This document shows positions 10,280 to 18,863 of a stretch of DNA of 64,000 nucleotides, piece after piece. Position numbers and translations under genes: made by a program. Numbering within the stretch: the stretch's first letter is position 1; each line of letters opens with the position of its first letter. Below the pieces are notes generated by a model. That model had not been told where the DNA came from. It did no database searches and was given only the letters and a program-made list of their open reading frames with translations. This DNA comes from an uncultured Spirochaetota bacterium (lineage in GTDB: Bacteria; Spirochaetota; Spirochaetia; SZUA-6; Fen-1364), in contig CAVUXE010000054.1 of NCBI GenBank assembly GCA_963745235.1, positions 64,001-128,000 on the forward strand. Reading direction: 5' to 3'.

Positions 10280-11739
10280 AGGTGGACGTCAACGCGCAGT
10301 TCTGCTACTGGGAAAGGCCGAAGCTCAGGGTGCTCTCCGACAGGCAGAGAGAGACCATCTACGGATCCGCGCTGGAGGTCCTGGAAAGGACGGGCGCAAA
10401 GCTGTACTCTCCGCGGGCTCTCACTCTCCTGCAGGAGGCCGGCGCCGAGGTCATTGATGATCACCTGGTGAAGATCCCCTCCGGCGTCGTGGAGAACGCG
10501 GTGGCAAGCGCCGGAAAGAGAGTGGTCCTTGCTGACCGCACGGGGAAGAGGAAGCTCGTCCTTGAAGGGGACAACATCTTTTTCGGTCCGGGCTCAGACA
10601 ACCCGTCCACAATTGACCTGGACACGCAGGAACGGCGCACCAGCGTCCTGAAAGACGTGGAGAGGGGGGCGCGGCTTGCCGACGCCCTCCCGAACATCGA
10701 CTTCCTCATGTCCTTCGCGCTGGCAAGCGATGTCCCCTCCAAGGCCGCTGATGCCTGCCACTTCGAGGCCATGGTCAGCAACTCCACCAAGCCCATCACC
10801 GCCACCGCCCCGGACCTGGACGGCTTGAAGGCAATCTACGAGATTGCGTGCGCGGTGAGCGGCGGGGAGGCGAAGTTCAGGCAAAACCCGTTCTTCATCC
10901 TCTACGAGCAGCCCCACTCGCCGTTGAAGCACGCCGGGCATTCCCTGGACAAGCTCATCTTCTGCACGGAGAAAGGCATCCCGGTCCTGTACGCATCAAC
11001 GCCGTCCATCGGCGCGGCGAGCCCCGTGACCCTTGGCGGGAGCTTCGTGCTGAACATGGCGGAGTACCTCACTGCCCTGGTCCTGGTGCAGCAGGTGAAG
11101 CGCGGGGCGACCCTGGTGTTCGGCGGGGGGCCCACCACGCTGGACATGAGGACCACCGTCTATTCGTACAGCGCGCCGGAGACAATGCTCAGTCTGTGCG
11201 TCCGCAAGGAGCTCGGAGAATACCTGGGCATTCCCGTCTTCAACGCCGGGGGCTTCAGCGATTCGCAGCTTCCGGACCAGCAGGCTGCCCTTGAATGCGC
11301 CTCGTCCCTGATCTACGCGGCCATGGCGGGAGGGAACCTCATTCATGACGTCGGATACCTTGCCTCCGGGATGACGTCGTCCCTGGAGATGCTCACGATC
11401 TGCGACGAGCAGATCTCCCAGGTGAAGCGGTTCCTGCGCAGCTTTGCGGTGGACACCGAATCCCTGGCGGTGGATCTCATAGACCAGGTGGGCCCCGAGG
11501 GAGATTTCCTTGCAACGGATCTCACCCTGAACAGGTTCAAGGAAGAGATCTGGTCCCCCACCATCATTGATCGAAACATTCACGAGAGATGGAAGTCGGC
11601 CGGCAGCACGACGCTGCGGGACAGGGCCCGGGAAAAGGCGAGGGGGCTCCTGACCAGCCACCAGCCGCAGTGCCTCCCGGAGGACGTGAAGAAGGGCGTA
11701 CGCGCTATCGTGAAGAGGTACGAGCAGAGTCGTTCGTAA
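10276..11739 (+). CDS. Trimethylamine methyltransferase (MttB superfamily) protein, non-pyrrolysine
   Basis: HSPL, SPVTLGG, DMRT..YSAPE, DSQLPDQQAALEC, GGNLIHDVGYLASG and VGPEGDFL; no in-frame amber codon; ATGA overlap with the ATPase stop. Confidence 0.88.
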   Translation: MKVDVNAQFCYWERPKLRVLSDRQRETIYGSALEVLERTGAKLYSPRALTLLQEAGAEVIDDHLVKIPSGVVENAVASAGKRVVLADRTGKRKLVLEGDNIFFGPGSDNPSTIDLDTQERRTSVLKDVERGARLADALPNIDFLMSFALASDVPSKAADACHFEAMVSNSTKPITATAPDLDGLKAIYEIACAVSGGEAKFRQNPFFILYEQPHSPLKHAGHSLDKLIFCTEKGIPVLYASTPSIGAASPVTLGGSFVLNMAEYLTALVLVQQVKRGATLVFGGGPTTLDMRTTVYSYSAPETMLSLCVRKELGEYLGIPVFNAGGFSDSQLPDQQAALECASSLIYAAMAGGNLIHDVGYLASGMTSSLEMLTICDEQISQVKRFLRSFAVDTESLAVDLIDQVGPEGDFLATDLTLNRFKEEIWSPTIIDRNIHERWKSAGSTTLRDRAREKARGLLTSHQPQCLPEDVKKGVRAIVKRYEQSRS

Positions 11740-12487
11740 GGACCTCGAACATCGCCCCTTTTATCTCTTCGATGCGGGCCGGCGTCATTCGGAACGCCGG
11801 CCCCGTGACGCTGATGGCCGCGACAACCCTGCCGTTCATGTCCCGGTAGGGCATGGCAACGCAGACCACCTCGTTTCGAAACTCCTCTGCATCCAGGGCA
11901 TACCCGTTCCTGCGGATCTCCGCGAGCTTCCTGCGAAGCTGCCCCGTGGAGGAAATGGATTTCGACGTGTAGGCCGGCAGAGCGGTGCCCGGCGGAAAGA
12001 GCTTTTCCAGGACCGGCTGATCCAGGCTGGCCAGCAGCACCTTGCCCAGGGCGGTGCAGTGGGCAAGGAGCTTCGTGCCGATCTGGATGTCTGTCTTCAG
12101 CACGTGAGGGCTGTCGATCTTGGCGATGTAGGCGATCTCTTTCATCCCCTGGTCCAGGACCGCAAGGTTGATGGTCTCCTGCGTCTTGCTCGCCAGGGTT
12201 TCCAGGCGCCCCATGGCTTCATTCATCACGTCGCTCTGGTTCTGATACACGCATCCCAGCTCGAACGCCTTCAGCCCCAGGCGGTATTTGCCCCGCTGGA
12301 GCGCCTGCTCGATGTAGCCGCGGTTCTTGAGGACGCTCACCGTCCTGTGGATGGTGCTTGCTTTCTTGCCCAGGAGCCCCGCCATCTCCGTGATGCCCGC
12401 CTCCCGCTTCTCAGCGGAGAACAGCTCCAGGACGTTCAGGGCGACGTCGATGGATGTCTGTTTCGGAGGCCGGGGGCGCTTGCTCAC
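11705..12487 (-). CDS. IclR family transcriptional regulator
   Basis: N-terminal HTH (STIHRTV), ETINLA, HCTALGK and GYALDAEEF..CVA..AAISV. The GTG at 12487 overlaps the upstream stop (GTGA). Confidence 0.9.
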   Translation of the reverse strand: MSKRPRPPKQTSIDVALNVLELFSAEKREAGITEMAGLLGKKASTIHRTVSVLKNRGYIEQALQRGKYRLGLKAFELGCVYQNQSDVMNEAMGRLETLASKTQETINLAVLDQGMKEIAYIAKIDSPHVLKTDIQIGTKLLAHCTALGKVLLASLDQPVLEKLFPPGTALPAYTSKSISSTGQLRRKLAEIRRNGYALDAEEFRNEVVCVAMPYRDMNGRVVAAISVTGPAFRMTPARIEEIKGAMFEVLTNDSARTSSR

Positions 12488-13374
12488 TGGGGAAGACGCA
12501 GGTCCGACGGGCCCCGCGCCGACATGCGAAGCCGGGGGTTCACCCTCCCCGCCAGCTCCTTCATGATCTCGCAATATTTCACTTTCAGTCGGGCGCCGTC
12601 CACGCCCGGACCGAACTCCTGCTTGAAATAGCACGGGGCGCACACGCGGATGATCTCCGCGCCTTCCCAGAACCTGTTGATGGCGCCCAGGTTCTGCTCG
12701 GCAGCCATGGTCACGATGTCCATGGGAACCTTCACCGAAGCGCGGATGGCGGCGAGCATGGGCAGCGTCAGGTCCGACACCGGGTTGATGCTGTCCGCCC
12801 CCGCGGTTTCGGCAAGGCGCGCGCCGGCGGGGTTGGAAACTCCGGCCGTGTAGGAGAGCTTGAAGACGGTGTCCTTCGGGAGGTCACCCGAAAGGCGCAT
12901 CTGGTGGAAAAGCTGCGTCACCTCTTCCCCGTAGAAAAGGAACCCTCGCAGGCCGGCTTCCACGCACCGAAGCACATCCTCGATGAGGTACGCAAGCTGG
13001 TCGGCTCCCCGCACGCGCACCCCCGAGGCGTGTCCCCACGGGGAGTGGTAGTGGCTGCCCACGTCGAAGTTCGCGCGCGGGCCGGGGATCACGATCAGCT
13101 CGATGCGGGCATCCCGCGCAATGCGCGCCAGCGCCTGCAGCTCGCCGAAGGTCAGGCTGTGGGTTCCCGCTCCTATGGCGATGACCCTGTGGATGGGGAT
13201 GTCCCTCCTGCCGCTCTCATCTGCCACGGCCTCCAGCTCTGCCACGGACTCCACGCCGGAGACCTCCATGCGGAACTGGCATCCGTCAGGGAAGGACAGG
13301 GGAGAGGTCGGCAGGTCATAGAGATCGCGTTTGGGAAGCGCGTACTTCGCCAGGAGCTGCTGCGCTCTTTCCAT
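12484..13374 (-). CDS. U32-peptidase-like protein of unknown function (probable TIM barrel)
   Basis: DLPTS..FPDG..FRMEV, GPRANFDVG, GLRGFL, GADSINPVSDL and AAIRA, recalled as typical of a U32-annotated family; family call not verified. Confidence 0.6.
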   Translation of the reverse strand: MERAQQLLAKYALPKRDLYDLPTSPLSFPDGCQFRMEVSGVESVAELEAVADESGRRDIPIHRVIAIGAGTHSLTFGELQALARIARDARIELIVIPGPRANFDVGSHYHSPWGHASGVRVRGADQLAYLIEDVLRCVEAGLRGFLFYGEEVTQLFHQMRLSGDLPKDTVFKLSYTAGVSNPAGARLAETAGADSINPVSDLTLPMLAAIRASVKVPMDIVTMAAEQNLGAINRFWEGAEIIRVCAPCYFKQEFGPGVDGARLKVKYCEIMKELAGRVNPRLRMSARGPSDLRLPQ

Positions 13375-13384
13375 GGGTGCCTCG

Positions 13385-13423
13385 CTTTTCTACTATATGG
13401 AAGTATATTCCTCTATTTTGAAG
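13385..13423 (-). promoter_or_regulatory. 39-bp putative operator, copy B
   Basis: Minus strand reads CTTCAAAATAGAGGAATATACTTCCATATAGTAGAAAAG; 31/39 identical to 1989-2027; core GGAA-N5-TTCC; TTGACA lies just upstream on the minus strand. Confidence 0.7.
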
Positions 13424-13460
13424 AACTTGTCAACGAAACCGCCGGTTGAGCGGCGAGGGC

Positions 13461-14696
13461 TCAATCCTGCAGATCGGGGTACAGCCGGGCGGAGCACTCC
13501 GGGCATATCCCGTGGCTGAACTCCACCTCCGCGTGGTCCTTCATGTAGTTCTCCACCTGGTGCCAGTAGCCCTTGTCGTCCCTGATCTTCTTGCAGGAGG
13601 CGCAAATGGGAAGCAGCCCGCTCAGTCTTTTCAGGTTTGTCAGCGCATTGCTGAGATCCGCCACCAGCTTCTCCCGCTCCTTCTCCGCGCGCCGGCGCTC
13701 CGTGACGTCGCGCATGAGGAGGATCTTTCCGGACCGCCTGCCTGTCTTGCTTGTGAGCTTCGTGACGGAGACCTCCAGGGTCATGTCACCCCGCCCCGGA
13801 GGGCTCAACGTCAGCGTCTCGTCGTTTCTCCGCAGGCACTCGCTGAGCGCCGGAAATGTCTCCCGCAGCTCCTTCCCGACCGGCGGGGAGCGCGTCCCCA
13901 GGAGCCGGGAGGCGGTGGAGTTGATATCGATGATCCTGTCCAGGGCGTCCAGGACGAGGAAGCCGTCCTGCATGTCTTCTACCATCGCTGAGCGGGCCCG
14001 GGGGACGAGGTCCAGGAGGCGCAGGCGGTTGAAGGCGGCAAGGATCAGGAGCGCGCTGAGCGCAAATCCGAGCGACATGGTGTCCAGCCCGGGGACCGGA
14101 CCGGCGGGAAGGACGGAGAGGAGGAACCCGATCCACGGCACCAGGACGGAGCCGACCAGGATGAGCGACTGCAGCAGATAGAGGCTTGCCGCCCTGATGG
14201 CGACCCGGAGGATGTGATAGGTCGCGACAAGGCAGGTGGCAAGAAACCACAGGACTGAAAAGAAATACCACGCGCCGTGGCTGTAGATCACCGTGTTGGT
14301 CCCCGGGATGCGGCCCGGGGTGAACCCGGTCCAGATCAGGTGGTGCAGGCTGTTCGTGAAAGCCAGGGCGATGGTAGCGACGGGCACCGCCCAGAAGAAG
14401 GCGATCATCCCGGGAGAAAGGGGCCAGCTCGACTCGGAGTACTGAATTGCGAACACGAGAAAAAGCGGCGCAACGTTGGCTATGCCGATGTAGCTGATTG
14501 CGTTCCACAGGTACCGGTGCGCTGCATCCGGCGACGTGGTCTCCATGGCCGAGAAAAAGCACCATATCGAAATGGCAAAGAGGGTCAGGCTCAGGGCAAG
14601 GCCGCCGGGCACGTGACGCTTGCGCCAGGCGGAGCCGCCCGCAAAAAGGACCGTGAAGGCCGCCGCAAAGAGAAGGAGCGACAACGGAGTGACCAT
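13461..14696 (-). CDS. HisKA_7TM-type membrane sensor with a PAS domain and a C-terminal four-Cys domain; no kinase core
   Basis: Seven hydrophobic segments with TNSLHHLIW, PAS-like DGFLVLD..IIDIN..RDVTERR, then LPICASCKKIRD..SHGICPEC. Confidence 0.78.
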   Translation of the reverse strand: MVTPLSLLLFAAAFTVLFAGGSAWRKRHVPGGLALSLTLFAISIWCFFSAMETTSPDAAHRYLWNAISYIGIANVAPLFLVFAIQYSESSWPLSPGMIAFFWAVPVATIALAFTNSLHHLIWTGFTPGRIPGTNTVIYSHGAWYFFSVLWFLATCLVATYHILRVAIRAASLYLLQSLILVGSVLVPWIGFLLSVLPAGPVPGLDTMSLGFALSALLILAAFNRLRLLDLVPRARSAMVEDMQDGFLVLDALDRIIDINSTASRLLGTRSPPVGKELRETFPALSECLRRNDETLTLSPPGRGDMTLEVSVTKLTSKTGRRSGKILLMRDVTERRRAEKEREKLVADLSNALTNLKRLSGLLPICASCKKIRDDKGYWHQVENYMKDHAEVEFSHGICPECSARLYPDLQD

Positions 14697-14758
14697 GGCT
14701 CCCTCATCATAGCATGGCGCGGCAGCGCCGGCACGGCGGACGCCGAGCCCCAGCTTTA

Positions 14759-14788
14759 TTGCACTCCGGCCCCTGTCCTCGCTATAGT
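14759..14788 (+). promoter_or_regulatory. Sigma70-like promoter of aspS, probably leaderless
   Basis: TTGCAC-N18-TATAGT, ending 7 nt before ATG 14796; no SD. Confidence 0.55.
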
Positions 14789-14795
14789 GCCTTCC

Positions 14796-16574
14796 ATGGA
14801 GCACATGAAGAGAACCGACACCTGCGGAGCGCTTCGCGCAAAAGACGCCGGCAGACGCGTCACCTTGAACGGCTGGGTGCACAGGCACCGCGACCATGGC
14901 GGAATCAGGTTCTTCGATCTGCGGGACCGTTATGGCCTGACGCAGGTGGTGGTGGACTCTGACGCTTCCCCCGAGCTTGCAGAGACCGGCAAGCAGCTGA
15001 AGTTCGAATACTGCGTGGCCGTGGAGGGCGCCGTGCGCGCTCGCCCGGCTGCCATGGCGAACCCGAACTTGCCCACCGGGGAGATCGAGGTCAAGGCGGA
15101 CAAGATCTCCATCCTGAGCCGCTGCGAGGTCCTTCCGTTCATGGTGGATGAGAAGGCGGACGCAAAAGAGGACACCCGGTTCAAGTATCGCTACATAGAC
15201 CTGCGCACGGCGCGCATGCAGCGCAACATTGCGCTGCGTCACGCCGCGGCGTTCGCGGCCCGAGAGTTCCTTGTGTCGCGCGGGTTTTACGAGATCGACA
15301 CCCCCCTGTTCATCAAGTCCACCCCGGAAGGCGCTCGTGACTACCTTGTGCCATCCCGCTTGAACCCGGGCCGGTTCTACGCGCTTCCCCAGTCTCCGCA
15401 GCTCTACAAGCAGATCCTGATGGTGTCCGGGTTCGACAAGTACTTCCAGATTGCCCGGTGCTTCCGTGATGAGGACGCGCGCGGTGACAGGCAGCCCGAG
15501 TTCACCCAGATCGACATCGAGATGAGCTTCGTGTCGCGTGAAGACGTGTTCCTCCTGGTCGAAGGCCTGATGGCTCATATCTTCAAGAAATCCATAGGCA
15601 AGGACATCACGGCCCCGTTCCAGAGGCTTGCCTATGAGGAGGCCATGAACCGCTTCGGCTCGGACAAACCTGATCTCAGGTTCGGCCTGGAATTGCATGA
15701 CTTCGGGGACTTCGCGAAAAAGGGCGGCTTCGAGGTCTTCAAGAAAGTCGTGGAGTCCGGAGGCGCGGTGAAAGCCCTCGTCGCCACGGGATGCGGGGAG
15801 TACTCCCGCAAGCAGATCGGGGAGCTGGAGGCGGTGGCCAAGGTCTACGGCGCGGCGGGGCTTGCCTCCATGAAAGTGACGGCGCAGGGCCTGGAAGGCG
15901 GCGTCTCCAAGTTCTACGCGGAACAGGCTGGGCCCATGTGCGCGGAGCTGGGCGCAAAACCCGGGGACCTCATCCTCATGGTGGGAGCTGACCTCAGAAA
16001 GGCCTGCATTTCCCTGGGAGCCATCCGCGCGCAGTTGGGGAAGGACCTCAAGCTTGCCGCGGAAGGTGACTTTCGGTTCTGCTGGATCATCGATTTCCCC
16101 CTTTTCGAATGGAACGAAGAGGAGAAGAGGTGGGACCCCGCGCACCACATGTTCACCATGCCGCAGGAAAGGTTCGTGGCGGATTTCGAGAAGAGACCTG
16201 CAGAGGTCAAGGGAGATCTGTACGACCTGGTGTGCAACGGCGTAGAGCTTGCCTCGGGGTCCATCAGGATCCACGACGCCGATCTGCAGAGGAGGATCTT
16301 CACGTTCCTCGGCTTCTCCGAAGAAGAGGCGCAGAGCCGCTTCGGCTTCCTCCTGGAAGCCTTCCGCTACGGCCCGCCTCCCCACGGCGGGATAGCCCCA
16401 GGCTTCGACAGGCTCGTGGCCATGATGGCCGGGGAGCCCACCATAAGGGAGGTCATCGCATTCCCCAAGAACACCCTGGGTCAAAGCCCCATGGATGATT
16501 GTCCCTCGGAAGTGGATTCCAAGCAGCTTCGGGATCTCCATCTCAGCATCATCAGGGAAGAGCCGGCACAGTGA
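14796..16574 (+). CDS. aspS: Aspartate--tRNA ligase
   Basis: RDHGG, STPEGARDYLVPSR, ALPQSPQLYKQ, CFRDED..DRQPEFTQ and PPHGGIAPGFDR. Confidence 0.97.
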   Translation: MEHMKRTDTCGALRAKDAGRRVTLNGWVHRHRDHGGIRFFDLRDRYGLTQVVVDSDASPELAETGKQLKFEYCVAVEGAVRARPAAMANPNLPTGEIEVKADKISILSRCEVLPFMVDEKADAKEDTRFKYRYIDLRTARMQRNIALRHAAAFAAREFLVSRGFYEIDTPLFIKSTPEGARDYLVPSRLNPGRFYALPQSPQLYKQILMVSGFDKYFQIARCFRDEDARGDRQPEFTQIDIEMSFVSREDVFLLVEGLMAHIFKKSIGKDITAPFQRLAYEEAMNRFGSDKPDLRFGLELHDFGDFAKKGGFEVFKKVVESGGAVKALVATGCGEYSRKQIGELEAVAKVYGAAGLASMKVTAQGLEGGVSKFYAEQAGPMCAELGAKPGDLILMVGADLRKACISLGAIRAQLGKDLKLAAEGDFRFCWIIDFPLFEWNEEEKRWDPAHHMFTMPQERFVADFEKRPAEVKGDLYDLVCNGVELASGSIRIHDADLQRRIFTFLGFSEEEAQSRFGFLLEAFRYGPPPHGGIAPGFDRLVAMMAGEPTIREVIAFPKNTLGQSPMDDCPSEVDSKQLRDLHLSIIREEPAQ

Positions 16575-17575
16575 ACAGGCGGGAAAGGGTGGAAGCCGCA
16601 ATCCGTCACACGCAGCCGGACAAGGTGCCGTATCACGTGAGCTTCACCGTTCCCGCGCGGGAGGCAATGGCCCGCTGGTACGGAGACGACGATTTCGAGG
16701 CCTCCCTGGGCAACTGCCTGCTCATGCTGGAGACCGAGCCGGCTGGCTCCTGGCGCCGGGTGCATGACGAGATCTGGGAGGACCAGTTCGGCGTCCAATG
16801 GGACAGGACAATCGACGCGGACATCGGCACGGTCTGCAACACCCGGCTCACCCGGGAGAGCCTGAAGACCTGTCCGTTCCCTGACCCGCTGGACCCTGCG
16901 CGCTTCGAGGGGTGGGGAGCCCGCCTCGCGGCCCGCGGTGATTCCTTCGTTGTCGCGAGCATCGGGTTCAGCCTTTTCGAACGGGCGTGGACCCTTGCCG
17001 GCATGGAGACCGTGCTCATGGCGATGGCGGACGACAAGCCGTTCATCAATGAGCTCCTGGACCGCATCCTGGATTTCAACCTGACGCTCATAGAGAAAGC
17101 CTGTTCGTATCCCATAGACGCCATGCGCTTCGGGGACGACTGGGGCCAGCAGCGCGGGCTCATCATGGGTCCGGCCCTGTGGCGGGAGCTGATTGGTCCC
17201 CGGGTGAGGCGCATGTACCAGCTCGTCAAGTCCCGGGGCAAGAAAGTCTTCATCCATTCCTGCGGCAAGGTGGATGAGCTCTTTCCGGACCTGATAGAGA
17301 GCGGGCTGGACGTGTTCAACCCGTTCCAGCCGGAGGTCATGGACGTGGAGGACATGAAGAGGCGCTACGGCTCCCGGCTGTCATTCTTCGGCGGCATCAG
17401 CACCCAGAAGACGCTTCCGTTCGGCACGGTGGAGCAGGTGAAGGAAGAGGTGAAGGCGCTTTTGGAAAGGGTCGGCAGGAACGGCGGGTATATCGCCTCA
17501 CCCGCGCATGACGTTCCCAAGGATGCAAAGCCAGAGAATATCGCCGCGATGATCGAGGTGCTGCAAGGGCAATAG
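16571..17575 (+). CDS. Uroporphyrinogen decarboxylase (URO-D/MtaA-like) family protein
   Basis: DQFGVQW, GDDWGQQ, HSCG, GGISTQ and GGYIASPAH; GTGA overlap with the aspS stop. Confidence 0.88.
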   Translation: MNRRERVEAAIRHTQPDKVPYHVSFTVPAREAMARWYGDDDFEASLGNCLLMLETEPAGSWRRVHDEIWEDQFGVQWDRTIDADIGTVCNTRLTRESLKTCPFPDPLDPARFEGWGARLAARGDSFVVASIGFSLFERAWTLAGMETVLMAMADDKPFINELLDRILDFNLTLIEKACSYPIDAMRFGDDWGQQRGLIMGPALWRELIGPRVRRMYQLVKSRGKKVFIHSCGKVDELFPDLIESGLDVFNPFQPEVMDVEDMKRRYGSRLSFFGGISTQKTLPFGTVEQVKEEVKALLERVGRNGGYIASPAHDVPKDAKPENIAAMIEVLQGQ

Positions 17576-17625
17576 ATGCCTGGCCCCGGGGCTGGAGGCT
17601 CGGGTTGGAGGCTCCTGGGCCCGCC

Positions 17626-18357
17626 CTACTTCTGCTGTTCCAGGACACCCATCACGATCCGGGCGATGATGTCCACCAGCCGGGGGTCAACGTCCTCCAG
17701 CCCCGGCTTCGGCTTCCCCCACCCCTGTTCCTCCCGTACTTTGTACAACGTGCTGATCTCATTCTGGGAGAGCGGCTTGGGCTCCCCCAGGATCCTGGTG
17801 ACCAGCCGGACCCTCGCGTACATCTCCAGCACTTCCATGCGGTAGTATGCGTGCATCACATCGGTGCCCACGGTGAGCGCCCCATGATTTGACAGGAGCA
17901 TCGCATCACAGTCGGGGATCTCCTTCTCCACCGCGTTGGGGATTTCCTGCGTGGTCGGGGTCCCGTATTCCGCAAAGCCCACCTTGCCGAGCCCGAATAC
18001 AACCTCGGGAAGGATGATGTCCGCGTCCAGCCGGATGTGGCACGCCGCGAACCCCGTTGCCGCGGGGGGATGCGCATGGACGATGGCGGTGACATCGGGT
18101 CGCGCCTTGTACACGGCCAGGTGCATCTTCGTTTCCGAGCTCGGCTTCATGCTGCCGGAGATGACGCCGCCCTGCATGTCGATCTTCAGGATCGAATCCA
18201 CCGTGACGTCGCCCTTGTTCACGTTCGTGGGGGTAATAAGGATCTGGTTCTCCGCGAGCCGGACGCTGATGTTCCCGTCATTTGCCGCGACGAAGAACCG
18301 GTCACGCAACCTCTTCCCGGCCTCGACGATCTGCAGCCGGGCTTCCTGTTCCTGCAT
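17626..18357 (-). CDS. Class II aldolase/adducin family protein (FucA-like)
   Basis: GNISVR, ITPT, PSSE..MH, AIVHAHP and LSNHG zinc-ligand motifs. Confidence 0.9.
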   Translation of the reverse strand: MQEQEARLQIVEAGKRLRDRFFVAANDGNISVRLAENQILITPTNVNKGDVTVDSILKIDMQGGVISGSMKPSSETKMHLAVYKARPDVTAIVHAHPPAATGFAACHIRLDADIILPEVVFGLGKVGFAEYGTPTTQEIPNAVEKEIPDCDAMLLSNHGALTVGTDVMHAYYRMEVLEMYARVRLVTRILGEPKPLSQNEISTLYKVREEQGWGKPKPGLEDVDPRLVDIIARIVMGVLEQQK

Positions 18358-18824
18358 GAAAGCGATAGTAACGATTCAGGACTGCCGCGTCCAACGTCCA
18401 AGGAACGGCACGCTGACGACGGCAATCCCGATGGTCCCCATGCCGTGCCCGATGGAGACCTGGTCGATGATGTTGAAAAGATTGCTGTGTCCCCCGAGCG
18501 ATTGAGCGCCGCCGCGAGCCTGGCGCGTAGTCCTGGAGCGTCATGGCTTTCTGAAGCATCTGGAGCGTTGTGCCGGGAGGCGGCGTCTTCACGGGCAGCT
18601 CAGGCATATCCGGCAGGGGCGCGCGAGGATTGACCGCAGCGCGAGCGGCCAGGAGATGGAAAAAAACCTGCGGGCACCCTCCCAGTTTCGGCGCGCCCAC
18701 AGGCTTGTGTATTGTTATTTATGTTACAATTCGAGGGATTATTGATCAATAAATTACAGTTGTCAAGTCTAATATTGAAAATAACCAGCGATTATGCCGA
18801 TAATTACGATTGTTGGATAACAGT

Positions 18825-18848
18825 CAGAATGTTAGTATTAACATTCTG
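18825..18848. promoter_or_regulatory. Inverted repeat, probable DeoR operator
   Basis: CAGAATGTTA-GTAT-TAACATTCTG (perfect 10-bp arms) just before the DeoR start, in an AT-rich intergenic region. Confidence 0.65.
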
Positions 18849-18863
18849 CGGAGTCCACACAAA

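Noticed and set aside
10276-11739. Pyrrolysine recoding in MttB
   Set aside because: No in-frame TAG, and no pyl genes in the window.
13461-16601. 1046-aa minus-strand ORF
   Set aside because: The part above 14696 is the antisense shadow of aspS; only 13461-14696 looks like protein.
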